Made by a program: the position numbers and the translations under genes. From the NCBI RefSeq assembly GCF_006345805.1, contig NC_043006.1, positions 1,674,001 through 1,738,000 of the forward strand: a stretch of DNA of 64,000 nucleotides, given 5' to 3'. Origin of the DNA: Octopus sinensis. Its lineage: Eukaryota. Below the pieces are notes generated by a model. It made no database searches. It worked only from the letters and a program-made list of their open reading frames with translations, and had not been told where the DNA came from. This document shows positions 1 through 11,685 of this stretch, in pieces (the first letter of the stretch is position 1; each line of letters starts with the position of its first letter).

Positions 1-87
1 TTTTGCGTAACTTTGACAACAGTTTATTCACCACACCCCCCCTCTCTCTCTGTCTCTCTTTATATATATATATATATATATATATAT

Positions 88-427
88 CTGCCAGCCTCGT
101 CTGGCACCTGTGTCGGTGGCACATAAAAAACACCATCCGAGCGTGGCCGTCTGCCAGCCTCGTCTGGCACCTGTGTCAGTGGCACATAAAAAACACCATC
201 CAAGCGTGACCGTCTGCCAGCCTCGTCTGGCACCTGTGTCAGTGGCACATAAAATCACCCACTACACTCTCGGAGTGGTTGGCGTTAGGAAGGGCATCCA
301 GCTGTAGAAACACTGCCAGATCTGACTGGCCTGGTGCAGCCTTCGGGCTTGCCAGACCCCAGTTGAACCGTCCAACCCATGCTAGCATGGAAAGCGGACG
401 TTAAACGATGATGATGATGATGATGAT
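88..427 (+). mobile_element. SINE-like retroposon, working family C, with three 63-bp internal subrepeats and (ATG)n tail
   Basis: gccagcctcgtctggcacctgtgtc(g/a)gtggcacataaaa starts at ~90, 153 and 216 (period 63), then the family body cacccactacactctcggagtggttggcgttaggaagggcatccagctgtagaaac and tail ggacgttaaacgatgatgatg; many homologues in the window. Confidence 0.85.
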
Positions 428-435
428 ACTTATAT

Positions 436-482
<47 letters not shown>

Positions 483-502
483 TTATATATGTGTGTGTGT
501 GT

Positions 503-610
503 GCATGGTTGTGTTGTAAGCACCTTGGGCAAGTGTCTTCTACTATAGCCTTGGACCAATCAAATCCTTATGAGTAGATTTGGCAGACGGAAGCTGAAAG
601 AGGCCTGTTG
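503..610 (+). mobile_element. Partial tRNA-derived SINE, working family A
   Basis: accttgggcaagtgtcttctactatagcc...gatttggcagacggaagctgaaag matches the full copies at 11245 and 63676. Confidence 0.75.
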
Positions 611-727
611 TGTGTGTGTGTGTGTGTGTGTGTGCGTGCGCACGCTTGTGTGTGTGTGTGCGCACGCTTGTGTGTGTGTGTAAATGAATACAACATAAAT
701 ATAAATATATATATGTATGTATATATT

Positions 728-925
728 GTCGTCTTTTTTCTCTTTCCCTGTTGCCCGCTCTGGGATCTTTCTTTCCTCTCTCTTCCTTCTTTATGTTTCC
801 GACGAAGAGCTCCGCTCGAAACGTCATACCTCCCTGCTTCCATCTCCTGAGCGCCTATTAATAATAATACTGTAATTGTTCCTGTTGTTGTTGTTTTTTT
901 GTTTCCCTTTTGGATTAAAATTATA
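728..925 (+). repeat. 5' pseudo-LTR of the PLE
   Basis: gtcgtcttttttctctttccctgttgcccgctctggg...cccttttggattaaaattata, repeated at 7003-7200 with only a few small indels. Confidence 0.92.
795..829 (+). ncRNA. Minimal type I hammerhead ribozyme motif (U4C variant)
   Basis: GTTT-CCGACGA-A-GAGC(TCC)GCTC-GAAA-CGTC^ATAC: core boxes, 4-bp helix II, loop-less palindromic helix III (ACGT), GUC site after 825, helix I GTTT/ATAC with one mismatch. Confidence 0.75.
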
Positions 926-3900
926 CCACTGCGCGCCTACACGGACCCCTGTACCTTGGATACCAACTCTCGGATTTTTTGCACCTACGGATTATTGTTA
1001 CCATTCTTCCTGACCTACGGATCACCTGCAACTTTCTTCCGGAGTACCGCTTACCGTGATGTAAAATCATTACTTAATCTGTCCGTTGACTCTCAAATCT
1101 CTTTCCTGACTTTTTTCAACTTTTTTCTATTGTTTTCAAACTGTCTTCACCCTTTTTCTTCTTTCGTTTTTTCCTGTTGTTCTCTTCGTTGTCTCTCCTT
1201 TTTCCTGCTTCGCCACCACCCACCTTTACCTGGTTGCCACCACCTCTCATCATGCCTGACTTGCACTCGTTCGTCCAACACCTTCAATCCCTCCTCAGCC
1301 GCTACCTCGCGTTTCTTCCCCCCACAATGTTCCGCACCTGCTATAAAACTTTCCCGCTTGCTTTTTAAGAAAACCCGCCACTCTAGTCATCTTTCCTTTC
1401 TTAGCCGGTGCCTCCGCCATCATGTCACACCCCGCGGTTTCCTCTTGAAGTTCCACGCTACCCCCTATTCCTCCCCCTTCATCGAACCCACCCTCGCTCG
1501 GACCTCCCGCTCCCTCCTCCGCGCCACCATCCGCTCCACCCGCCCCCTCCTTGACTCCTCGACCATCAACTTCCCCAGGCCTACCTCCTTCTCTCCGCCC
1601 TCTGCCCTCCACTCTTCACCCAACCTATCCTCCGCTTCATTCTTAATCTCAACCACCAACTCTACAACCACCTCACACACAAAAAACAAAAAACTCCACC
1701 TCCTCCTCAACCCGTCACCCCCTTCCCCATCCCACCCCCCACTGTTCCCCCCCTCCTTCGCACCTACCCCACCCTTCCACGGACCCCACCCCCACCGTGA
1801 CCTTCCTACGCCTAACCCATCTTCACCCAACCACCCCTACCCTCCCCTTCACACCCCTGCACCCCCTCCGCCTGCCCCTAGTCTTCCCACCACCCCGCTT
1901 CCTCGCGCTGTTGTCACTATACCCCCCCACCTCCCCCTCTCCGCCGCTGAGCGCTCCCTCCTCAGTAAAGGTCTCCGCTTCACGCCACTCACGCGCCACT
2001 GTGATGAGTTCGAGACTCGGGCGGACGTCAACCTGTTCCTGCGCCGCCTCAAACTTCGCGCATACTACCACGCGTCCCCGCAGCGTCAAAACAATCAGGA
2101 TTGCTTTTTGGAGCTGGGGCGTCGTCCATCCATCTGGACGCCGCCCCCAGGCCTTTTCAGTAGCCTAGATTCGTTTGTACATGACTGCAACGCTTTGGTC
2201 CACCGTTTCAACTTTGAACCAAGACCCCGCCGAGCCAACCTCACTCGGGCCGAATCCATTGCCCTTCGCCACCTCCGCCGTCGTGATGACATTGTCATCA
2301 AACCGGCGGACAAAGGCGGGGCAGTGGTAGTGTGGCGCGCGGACCTATACAGGGAGGAAGCGCTCAACCAGCTTCAAAATCCACTCTTCTATCGCCTCCT
2401 CCCCTCCGATCCCACCTCCTCCTACCAACAACGAGTGTCCTCCACCATCCACGACCTCATCTCCTCCTCCGCTCTCCCCCTCACCGCCACCAACCTCATC
2501 GTCCGCACACCCCGCACCTCCACCATCTACTTCCTTCCCAAGATCCATAAACCCTCTAATCCTGGCCGTCCCATAGTCTTTGCCTGTAATTGCCCCACTG
2601 AACTCATCTCCCTATACCTCGACCGCATCCTGTCCCCCTTAGTCGCAGCCCTCCCATCCCACATACACGACACCAACCACGCCCTCCGTCTCTTCAATTC
2701 CTTTTCCTTCCCTTCCAGCCCCTCACACCTCCTCTTCACTTTAGATGTAAAATCCCTGTACACAGTGATTCCCCACAACGACGGTCTCCTAGCCCTCCAA
2801 CACTTCCTCGACCGTCGTCCCGACCCCACCCCCAGCACCCCCACCCTTCTCCGTTTGGCCGAGCTCGTCCTCACCCTCAATTGCTTCACGTTCGCCGGGG
2901 AAACGTACCAACAGGTGTCCGGGGTCGCGATGGGAACTAGGATGGGCCCCAATTTCGCCAGTCTCTTTCTTGGCTACATTGAGGCCCAAGTGTTCTCCCA
3001 GTTCTCTGGGCCGACCCCCCGAACTATACGGTCGCTATATCGACGACTGCGTAGGTGCCACCTCCCTTTCCCGCGAACTTCTCTGCCAATTCATCTCTTT
3101 CCTTTCCAACTTTCACCCCTCCCTTCAATTCACCTCCACCATCTCCAACACCTCTGTCAACTTCCTTGACATCTCTCTCCGCATCGATCACCCCCAGATC
3201 TCTCACCACCACCGCCTTTTTTAAACCTACGGATTCCCACCTCTATCTCAACTTCTCTTCCTCCCACCCTTCCACACCAAACGAGCCATCCCCTACTCCC
3301 AGTTCCTCCGCCTCCGACGTTTGTGCAGCCGCGACCAGGATTTCGAGACCCAATCTCAATACCTGGCCCGCATGTTCAGACTCCGAGGTTACCCACCCAT
3401 ACTCCTCTCTGATGCCCTCACCCGCGCCCGTCGCATCGACCGCACTACCGCCCTGTCTCCTTCCCCCCGCCCACCCCCCCCAACCGCACCCCCTTCCCCC
3501 TCCTTTTCCACCCCTCTACCCTACCCCTTCGTCGCAGATACATACTACGTGCCTTCCGTCGCCTCCAGCTTGATCCCACCACCCCCGCCCCATTTCCCTA
3601 ACCTACCCCTGTCCTCTTTCAAACGAGCCCGCAATCTGCGTGACCTCCTGGTCCACAGCACCCTCTCTCCTTCCCCCTCAGCCCCACACGGATCATTCCC
3701 TTGCTCTAGATCCCGCTGCAACACTTGCCCCTTCATCACCAACACCACCGCTGTCACCGGCTCCAACCTGCACACTGTACGCATTAGGCACTCTTTTACG
3801 TGCACCTCGTCTGGCCTTATTTACTGCATTAAATGCAACCTATGCGGGATGCTGTATGTAGGACAGACGGGACGCCGGTTGTCCGACCGTTTCACTGAGC

Positions 3901-4103
3901 ACTTAAGGGACGTTCGCCTACACTCTCTTTCTCCCGTCGCACGCCACTTCCGTTCGGCCGGCCATTCCCTAGATGACATCTCAGTGTTTGGTCTCGCCCC
4001 CCACCAAGGTCGCCCACTTTCCAGGCTCCACTTGGAGCAACGCTACATCTTCACCCTACAAACTACCACCCCACACGGACTTAACACAGCCCCCTCCTCT
4101 TGA
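899..4103 (+). pseudogene. PLE polyprotein (reverse transcriptase + GIY-YIG endonuclease), three single-base frameshifts; true start codon uncertain
   Basis: RT motifs IKPADKGGAVVVW, IYFLPKIHKP-PGRPIV, LFTLDVKSLYTVIPH, SGVAMGTRMGPNFA, then YGRYIDD (3036-3047) in another frame, KPTDSHLYL in a third, and CSRSRCNTC, LIYC..C..C..LYVGQTGR.L..RF.EH, VARHF in ORF 3321-4103; frame changes at C6 3015-3020, C5 3191-3195 and ~3272. Confidence 0.93.
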
Positions 4104-4109
4104 GATCTG

Positions 4110-4135
4110 TTTTTTTTTTTTTTTTTTTTTTTTTT
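4110..4135 (+). repeat. T26 homopolymer just after the PLE stop codon
   Basis: TGA at 4101-4103, gatctg, then a run of T. Confidence 0.9.
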
Positions 4136-4136
4136 G

Positions 4137-6345
4137 GCACACCACCACACACACACACCCCCTGCCTCCACACGCACACACACCCACCCACCTACCTCCC
4201 ACACACCACCCACCCACCTACCTCCCACACGCCTGTTCACACACACACATACGCAGACCCATTACGTACATACATTCACACATTTAATCACACACACTTA
4301 CAGACATACTAGCACACACTAACATACAAACCAACATGCACATACACACACACAACATACATACGCACACACACATACATACTTACACACAACAACACAC
4401 CACAGACATACACACACACATACACACACACATACCTACGCACATACATACACACACACTCACACACACACACACACCGCACGTACATACTTCACACACA
4501 CACATGCAAACATACATGTAGGCACATACATACATACATGCCCACACATGCACACCCTTACACTGAATGCACACAACACATACACCTTTTTGCATCCAGG
4601 CAGCCCCCCCTCTTTTCTGCTTTCCGGTTTTGGCTGATGGATCCTCGGTTCCCGCGTAGCGGGGCGTTCGAGGGCCTTTGCGCTCGCGCGCCTTGGCGCG
4701 CGCTGGGGGCTTGGTCGGCCCCTTGGGCTTGCGTTGTACTGCTTGTGCGTTGTGTGCGTGAGCGCGCTTTGTGCGTGTGGGCTTGCTTCGGATGTGCGCG
4801 TACGTATGTATGCATACATACCCACACACTCGCATGCATCCCTACCCACATACATACACGCACACCTACTCACACACACACACATACACACACATACCTG
4901 CACACACACACACATACATACATACACATACATACCTACTTCAGACATACACACACACAGACATACACCCATACACTCACACTCACACGCATACACACAC
5001 ACACATACACACGCACACGTACACATACACACACACACACACCTACATACATACATTACACTTGTATACACACACACTTACATTCATACACACACACACC
5101 TACACAGCCATACCCTCATCAGAAACACACATCTACCTACACACACACAAACACACACGGACACACACCCATACATACATACATCTACACACACACGCCT
5201 ACACACATACATACACACATACATAACACACACACATATACATACACACATACGCACACACACATATACTTATACACATGCACACACACACACACATACA
5301 TACATACACCCATATACATACATACACACATACCCACATACTCCTATACGCACATACATACACAAAGACATACACACTTACACACTCACACAAACATACA
5401 CACACACATACTTACACACACACTCACCTGCACGCGCACACACATGCATGACAAACACCCATACACTCACACTCACATACGTACACACCAACATAAACAC
5501 GCACACGCACACACACACCTACACTCCCACACACATACACACGCACCTACATACACACACGCACGCATACACACGCACACACACATACATTACACACGTA
5601 CACACACACCCACATACACATGCATACACACACACACACACAAACATGCACGGACACACCCAGACATACACACATACACCTATATACACACGCCCACACA
5701 CGTACATACACACACATATACACACGCCCACACACCTACATACACACACATACATACACACACATACACGGACACACCCACACATACTTACATACATACA
5801 CCTATACACACACGCCTACACACCTACATACACACACACACACATGTACGCACATACACACACATATACGCACATACATATATACCCACACACATGCACA
5901 CACACACACACATACGCACATGCATGCATGCATGCACACGCGCACACCTACACGCATACACACACACACACGCACGTACACATACATACATACACACACG
6001 CATACATACACCCATACACATACATGCATCCGACACACACATACATACACACTCACACATACATACACACACACACTTACTCACTCACACACCTGTATGT
6101 ACGCGCACACACATGCACATACACACACTTCCCCACACACCCACACGTACATACATACACACACACACACCATACACACACACACACGGACATACATCTA
6201 TGCACACACACATAATACACACATACTCACATACATTCATCGCACACACTGCCACCCAGACATACACACAGACACACTCACACATCCACACACATACATA
6301 CGTACGCGCATACTCGCAGGCACGCGCACATACGCACTTACGCCG
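4137..6345. repeat. Degenerate (CA/CATA)-rich microsatellite within the PLE 3' region, interrupted by a GC-rich island at ~4590-4800
   Basis: Continuous acac/acat runs; the His/Thr-rich ORFs here are translations of the microsatellite. Confidence 0.9.
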
Positions 6346-7002
6346 GCTCGCGTTGCATACGCGTCGCATACACCTCGCCCTTGGACCTGACGAGACCTCC
6401 CGCCCGTTCCTGGGACCGTCGCGTGTCGTTGGGTTTTCCCACGCCTGTCTCCGCGGTACCACTCTTCCATCTTCCCCTCAGCTGGAGTCCTTTTTCCTTA
6501 ACCCCCCCCCCCTTTTTCGTTACACACACGCGCACACATATACACACCTTGCCTATATATATACATCACTCTTACACACATTCAATCTACTCTTAATACC
6601 ACCACGACACTGGACACACACACACACTACTACTCAACACACGCTGGCACGCTACATACGCCCCCACCCCACCCCTTCCCCTCCCTCCCTTCCTCCTTCC
6701 TTCTTTTTCTTACTACTGACCTCCCTTCCTCCTTCCTTCTTTTTCTTGTCTGCTAGCTGACCACTAGTCTCGCCCTACCTCACACGCCTACACACAGACG
6801 CACACTAACACACACCTATATTTTTTTTGTTTTTTCATCTCGCCTCACACACACACATACACACACGCACATGCACACACTCACACATACACACACATCT
6901 GTTGGGTTACCAACCTTGTCTCCACTCTTTTGCCTTTAAAAACCCACTTTGCTCTTGTTATCGTCAACATCCGCCTTCACCATGTGCAACTCGTAAACAC
7001 CA

Positions 7003-7200
7003 GTCGTCTTTTTTCTCTTTCCCTGTTGCCCGCTCTGGGATCTTTCTTTCCTCTCTCTTCCTTCTTTATGTTTCCGACGAAGAGCTCCGCTCGAAACGTC
7101 ATACCTCCCTGCTTCCATCTCCTGAGCGCCTATTAATAATAATACTGTATTGTTCCTGTTGTTGTGTTTTTTTTGTTTCCCTTTTGGATTAAAAATTATA
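7003..7200 (+). repeat. 3' pseudo-LTR of the PLE
   Basis: Direct repeat of 728-925, ending ggattaaaaattata then (TA)n. Confidence 0.92.
7070..7104 (+). ncRNA. Minimal type I hammerhead ribozyme motif, identical to 795-829
   Basis: CCGACGA 7074-7080, GAGC/GCTC helix II, GAAACGTC, predicted site after 7100. Confidence 0.75.
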
Positions 7201-7304
7201 TATATATATAATATATATATATATAGATATATATAACAAATTATACAAATATAATATAATAGATATATATATATATATATATATAATATATATATCCTCA
7301 TCAT

Positions 7305-7500
7305 CATCATATTAATATCCAACTTTCCATGCTTGAATGGGTTTGACAGGTTTTACTGAGGCAGATTTTCTATGGCTTGGTGCCCTTCCTGCTGCCAACC
7401 TTTCCCTGTTTGTAAGCGAGGTAATATTTCCTCCAAGTCAGACATCGTTTTGCAGAATATGGCAAATGAATGCCATTCATTTACAACAACCATGTGTTGC
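7305..7500 (-). mobile_element. Diverged family C-type SINE 3' fragment
   Basis: catcatcat...ttccatgcttgaatgggtt...ttttctatggcttggtgcccttcctgctgccaacc is the reverse complement of the family C tail region. Confidence 0.6.
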
Positions 7501-7599
7501 CAAAACAAGGAAGCATAAACATAAGTACATTCATACAAGACCTACATACATAATACACATCTACATACACACACACAGATAAATATATATATATGCTTA

Positions 7600-8133
7600 T
7601 ATATGCTAGCATTGACCCCCTGGAATCTGTCCAGAGATGTGCAACCAAACGCATACCCTCCATCAGACACCTACCATATTCTGAGCGCCTTGTTTCCCTG
7701 GGCATGGATTCACTGAAGCTCCGGCGTCTGGCGACGGACTTGGTAAACACCCACAAAGTTATCAACCACCTCACCAACAACAACACTGAACACCTTTTTG
7801 ATCTCCATGTGTCTAAGACACGTGGACATGCCTACAAAGTCAGAAAACAGCATAGCTCCCATGACTTTCGGAAACATTTTTTCATGCTCAGAGTTGCTGA
7901 AGCATGGAACAAACTGCCTGCATCAGTTGTTGACTGCCATGACACTGCATCCTTTAAGGCCCTCATGCTTCCCGAAATCCGTCGAAACTACACCTGATTG
8001 TCCCTCTTCCATACTCATACACATATGTGTATGTCATGACTCATGCACTGTTCTTTTCCTGATGCTTGTACATTACCTTATGTACTATATATACACTTTA
8101 GATGAGTTGTAGTGCACCTGAGCACTGTACACA

Positions 8134-8158
<25 letters not shown>
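7600..8158 (+). mobile_element. 5'-truncated CR1-group LINE (C-terminus of ORF2 + 3'UTR with (ATT)n tail)
   Basis: ORF 7593-7997 LESVQRCATKRIP..LPYSERLVSLGMDSLKLRRLATDL...TRGHAYK...HFF.LRVAEAWNKLP is the CR1-type post-RT signature; ends ctgagcactgtacacaattattattatt. Confidence 0.88.
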
Positions 8159-8188
<30 letters not shown>

Positions 8189-8193
8189 ACCGA

Positions 8194-8420
8194 TCATGGC
8201 CATTTGCCAGTCTCTTCTGGCCCCTGTGTCGGTGGCACGTAAAAAGCACCCACTACACTCATGGAGTGGTCGGCGTTAGGAAGGGCATCCAGCTGTAGAA
8301 ACACTGCCAAATCAGATTGGAGCCTGGTGCAGCCTCCTGGCTTCCCAGACCCCGGTCGAACCGTCCAACCCATGCTAGCATGGAAAACGGATGTTAAACA
8401 ATGATGATGATGATAATGAT
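8194..8420 (+). mobile_element. Family C SINE-like copy
   Basis: gtcggtggcacgtaaaaagcacccactacactc...aggaagggcatccagctgtagaaac...ggatgttaaacaatgatgatg. Confidence 0.85.
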
Positions 8421-8519
8421 ATATATATATATATATATTTCTGTCAAAACTGGAGTTGATGGTATTGACTAAACTCCCAGCCCTCTGAATTGCTGGCTTT
8501 ATGCTTAAATTGGAAATAG

Positions 8520-9030
8520 TTACCAAATCCACTCACAAGGCTTTTGAAGACCCAAGGCTATAGCAGAAGAGACTTGTTCAAAGTGTCGCATAGTGGGACC
8601 GAACCTGGAGCCATGTGGTTGAGAGACAAGCTTCTTACCACACAGCTATGCCTGCACCCATATGTGTGTGTGTGTGTGCATGTGTGTGTACAAGCATAGC
8701 TGTGTGTTAAGGAGCTTGACTCTCAACCACATGCTTCCAGGTTCAGTCCCACTACATCACACATTGGACACATGTCTTCTACTATAGCCTCGGGCCTTCC
8801 CAGGTGGATTTACCAACAGTTTCTAATTTAGGCACAAGACAAGCAATTTAGACTGCTGAGAGTTAGTCAATACCACCAACTCCAGTATATACTCAGGTAT
8901 ATATTTTATCAACCCTGAAAAGATGAAAAGCAAAGGCGACCTCAGTGTAATTTGAACTCAGAACATAGAGTCAGAAGAAATATTGTAAGGGGTTTTCTTT
9001 CTGATGCCCTAATGATTAACCCCAATCCAT
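8520..9030. mobile_element. Cluster of degraded SINE pieces (family A minus 8520-8660, family A plus 8695-8800, family B-like 8820-9030)
   Basis: Fragments match intact copies elsewhere in the window (accaaatccactcacaagg; ggttcagtcccact; gaatttgaactcagaac). Confidence 0.65.
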
Positions 9031-9610
9031 CACTTATGAAAAAATACAAAGAATAGATCATATGATTTTATTTCTTAGTTTCTTCTATAATTTCTGGTTA
9101 CATTAGAACCACTGACCTCAACTACCACAATGTTTATATATACTACATACATATATTACAACAGATAGATTTATATTATCCACCTTTTAATGTTATTGCT
9201 TTTATGACTGTGCCACAAATTTAGTGCACTTACTTACCAAGTGAATAATCGGTTTTGTGATGTTCCTACATTGTCTGCACATCTGTGACACTGTGTGTTA
9301 TTGGATCAATAGTTGGGTGGAGGCTATGGACAGCATCTGGTTTTCAGTGGAAAATATTGTTCAGTGTATTACTATCTTGTAAAAAATCTCATTTTGTATG
9401 AATTCAATGGCAGAAATCTATGTCTTCAGGTCAGGGATAGGTTTATAAGAAAGCTAGATTATGATACCCAGAAGAAATTTTCCCCTTCTTTCTCCTCGAT
9501 GTTGATAAAATTGATGTCAGAAATATATTAAAGTGCTAACTATATTGTAATGTACAGGTTTTATTCTTGACTATAAAGGAATATGGTGGTTCTGTTAACT
9601 GTTCAGATTA

Positions 9611-9828
9611 TACTCTTTTACTCTTTTATTTGTTTCAGTCATTTGACTGCGGCCATGCTGGAGCACTGCCTTTAGTTGAACAAATCAACCCCTGGACTTA
9701 TTCTTTGTGAGCCTAGTACTTATTCTAGTAGTCTCTTTTTGCTTAACTGCTAAGTTACAGGGACATAAACACACCAGCCTCAGTTGTCAAGTGATGGTGG
9801 GGACAAACACAGGCACACAAACATATGC

Positions 9829-9882
<54 letters not shown>

Positions 9883-9967
9883 CAGGCTTCTTTCAGTTTC
9901 CGTCTACCAAATCCACTCACAAGGCTTTGGTTGGCCTGAAGCTATAGTAATAGACACTTGCCCTAGG
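9611..9967 (-). mobile_element. tRNA-derived SINE family A, head truncated
   Basis: tactcttttac...gtttcagtcatttgactgcggccatgctggagcac...accaaatccactcacaagg...gacacttgccc. Confidence 0.85.
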
Positions 9968-9969
9968 TA

Positions 9970-10213
9970 CCACAAATTCCTATTTCTTTACTACCCACAA
10001 GGGGCTAAACACAGAGAGGACAAACAAGGACAGACAAACAGATTAAGTCGATTATATCATCCCCAGTGCATAACTGGTACTTATTTAATCGACTCCGAAA
10101 GGATGAAAGGCAAAAATCGACCTTGGTAGAATTTGAACTCAGAACGTAACAGCAGACGAAATACCGCTTAGTATTTCGCCCAGCGTGCTAATGATTCTGC
10201 CAGATCGCCGCCT
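9970..10213 (-). mobile_element. tRNA-derived SINE, working family B
   Basis: Minus strand begins aaggcggcgatctggcagaatcattagc (A-box-like) and has gagttcaaattc (B-box-like). Confidence 0.8.
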
Positions 10214-10419
10214 TTTCAAAGCTTCTTATTCTGTCTCATATTTACATTGTAGCTGAACCTCATATCTGTTTCTTCTCTGTCTTTCTCCCTTTCCAGATGG
10301 ACAAGCCATGCATTCACCTCTTCAGCAAGTCCCCTGCTCCTCTCTCCCTCTATCATAGTTTCTTTATCTCCAGTCTATACCCTGCTCAGCTGAGGGATCT
10401 TATCTTGCGAGTCCTTGAT

Positions 10420-10630
10420 GACCTCACTGGTGCCAGTGCCAATACCATATAAAAAAGAACCTCGTCCACTCTGTTAAGCAGTGGGTGTCGAGAAGGACAT
10501 CCAGTTGTTGAAACTATGCCAAAGCAGACAACGGAACCTGACAGAGCTCTCTGGCTCATCTGTTCTTGTCGAACCATCCAACCAATGCCATCATAGAATA
10601 AGGCATGTTAAATGATGATGCTGATGATGA
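10420..10630 (+). mobile_element. Diverged family C SINE-like copy
   Basis: agaaggacatccagttgttgaaac...ccatccaaccaatgcc...gttaaatgatgatg. Confidence 0.7.
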
Positions 10631-10799
10631 TGCTGATAACAATATATACATATCATCATCATCATCATCATTCTCACACACACACAAATACATACATATA
10701 CACACAGTAACATAGGGGTTCTATTGGCAATATCGTAACATAGTGTCTCTCTGAACTATACCTAGAGAAAAAGGTTCATCCAACCAATACAGAGTCAAC

Positions 10800-10960
10800 A
10801 AATGGTATTGTTCCAGTACCATGCCCCGCACTAAATACCATGTCCAGTCAATCTTTCCCTAAAGAAGAGCTTTTTGGAATTCACTCTCTGCCTGTGTTTT
10901 CCCCAGCAGCTGTCAACTTGTAATTATTCAAGAGGAATGGTAACTGAACTCAGAGGTTCT
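10800..10960 (+). mobile_element. Highly degraded LINE ORF2 C-terminal fragment
   Basis: Manual translation with frameshifts gives MPRTKYHVQSIFP..WNSLSACVFP..VNL*LFKRN, resembling LINE ORF2 ends. Confidence 0.45.
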
Positions 10961-11244
10961 GCAAATGTGCATGCGTTAGGCGATGCCTCTTCCTTCAGAT
11001 CAAACCAACCGAAAATGAAACTGTTTTTTAAATGATTTGCTAGTCATGATAAGTTTGTTGTCTGATAAAAACAAAGAAAGAAAGAAATAAAAAAGAAATC
11101 AATAATCATTAATTCTTTCTAATATCACCTTTGTCTGGCTTTTTTTCAACATAGAAGACTTGTTTTATGGATTTTTTTAATACATTGAAGCTGCAATAAA
11201 ATTAGATAAATATTTTACACCAAATATGCAGAAACGTGTACATG

Positions 11245-11415
11245 GGTGTAGGAGTGGCTGAGTGGTAAGTAGCTTGCTTACCAACCACATGGTCCCGGGT
11301 TCAGTTCCACTGCATGGCACCTTGGGCAAGTGTCTTCTACTGTAGCCTCAGACCGACCAAAGCCTTGTGAGTGGATTTGGTAAACGGAAACTGAAAGAAG
11401 CCCGTCATATATATG

Positions 11416-11470
<55 letters not shown>

Positions 11471-11685
11471 GTTTGTGTGTCTGTATTTGACCCCTCAACA
11501 TCGCTTGACAACTGATGCTGGTGTGTTTACATTCCCGTAACTTAGCGTTTCAGCAAAAGAGACTGATAGAATAAGTACTAGGCTTACAAAGAATAAGTCC
11601 TGGAGTTGATTTGCTTGACTAAAGGTGGTGCTCCAGCATGGCCACAATCAAATGACTGAAACAAGAAAAAGAGTAAAAGAGTAAA
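11245..11685 (+). mobile_element. Full-length tRNA-derived SINE family A
   Basis: ggagtggctgagtggtaag (A box), gggttcagttcc (B box), accttgggcaagtg core, internal (TA)n, 3' aagagtaaaagagta tail. Confidence 0.88.

Larger units (their letters stand above)
728..7200 (+). mobile_element. Full-length Penelope-like element (PLE, Neptune-like) with two direct pseudo-LTRs
   Basis: Near-identical ~198-bp direct repeats at 728-925 and 7003-7200 flank an RT + GIY-YIG coding region; the upstream repeat begins after a TA-rich tract and the downstream one runs into (TA)n. Confidence 0.9.

Noticed and set aside
899-4103. Selenocysteine recoding as in Naiad PLEs, or programmed frameshifting
   Set aside because: No in-frame TGA in the corrected frame; the breaks are three single-base indels in C runs without slippery-site or pseudoknot signatures.
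6386-6430. Hammerhead at CTGACGA-GAC...GTC in the PLE 3' island
   Set aside because: The GAAA box is absent (GCGT follows helix II).
4100-6760. Long His/Thr-rich ORFs (740 aa, 493 aa and others)
   Set aside because: Translations of CA/CATA microsatellite; the same applies to YI/MYVC/HTYI ORFs at 46.7-47.4, 48.9-49.6, 50.7-51.8 and 54.1-57.7 kb.
9970-10213. tRNA genes at SINE heads (also 11245, 18813, 19667, 49522, 63676)
   Set aside because: A/B boxes are present but there is no complete cloverleaf, and each continues into SINE body and tail.
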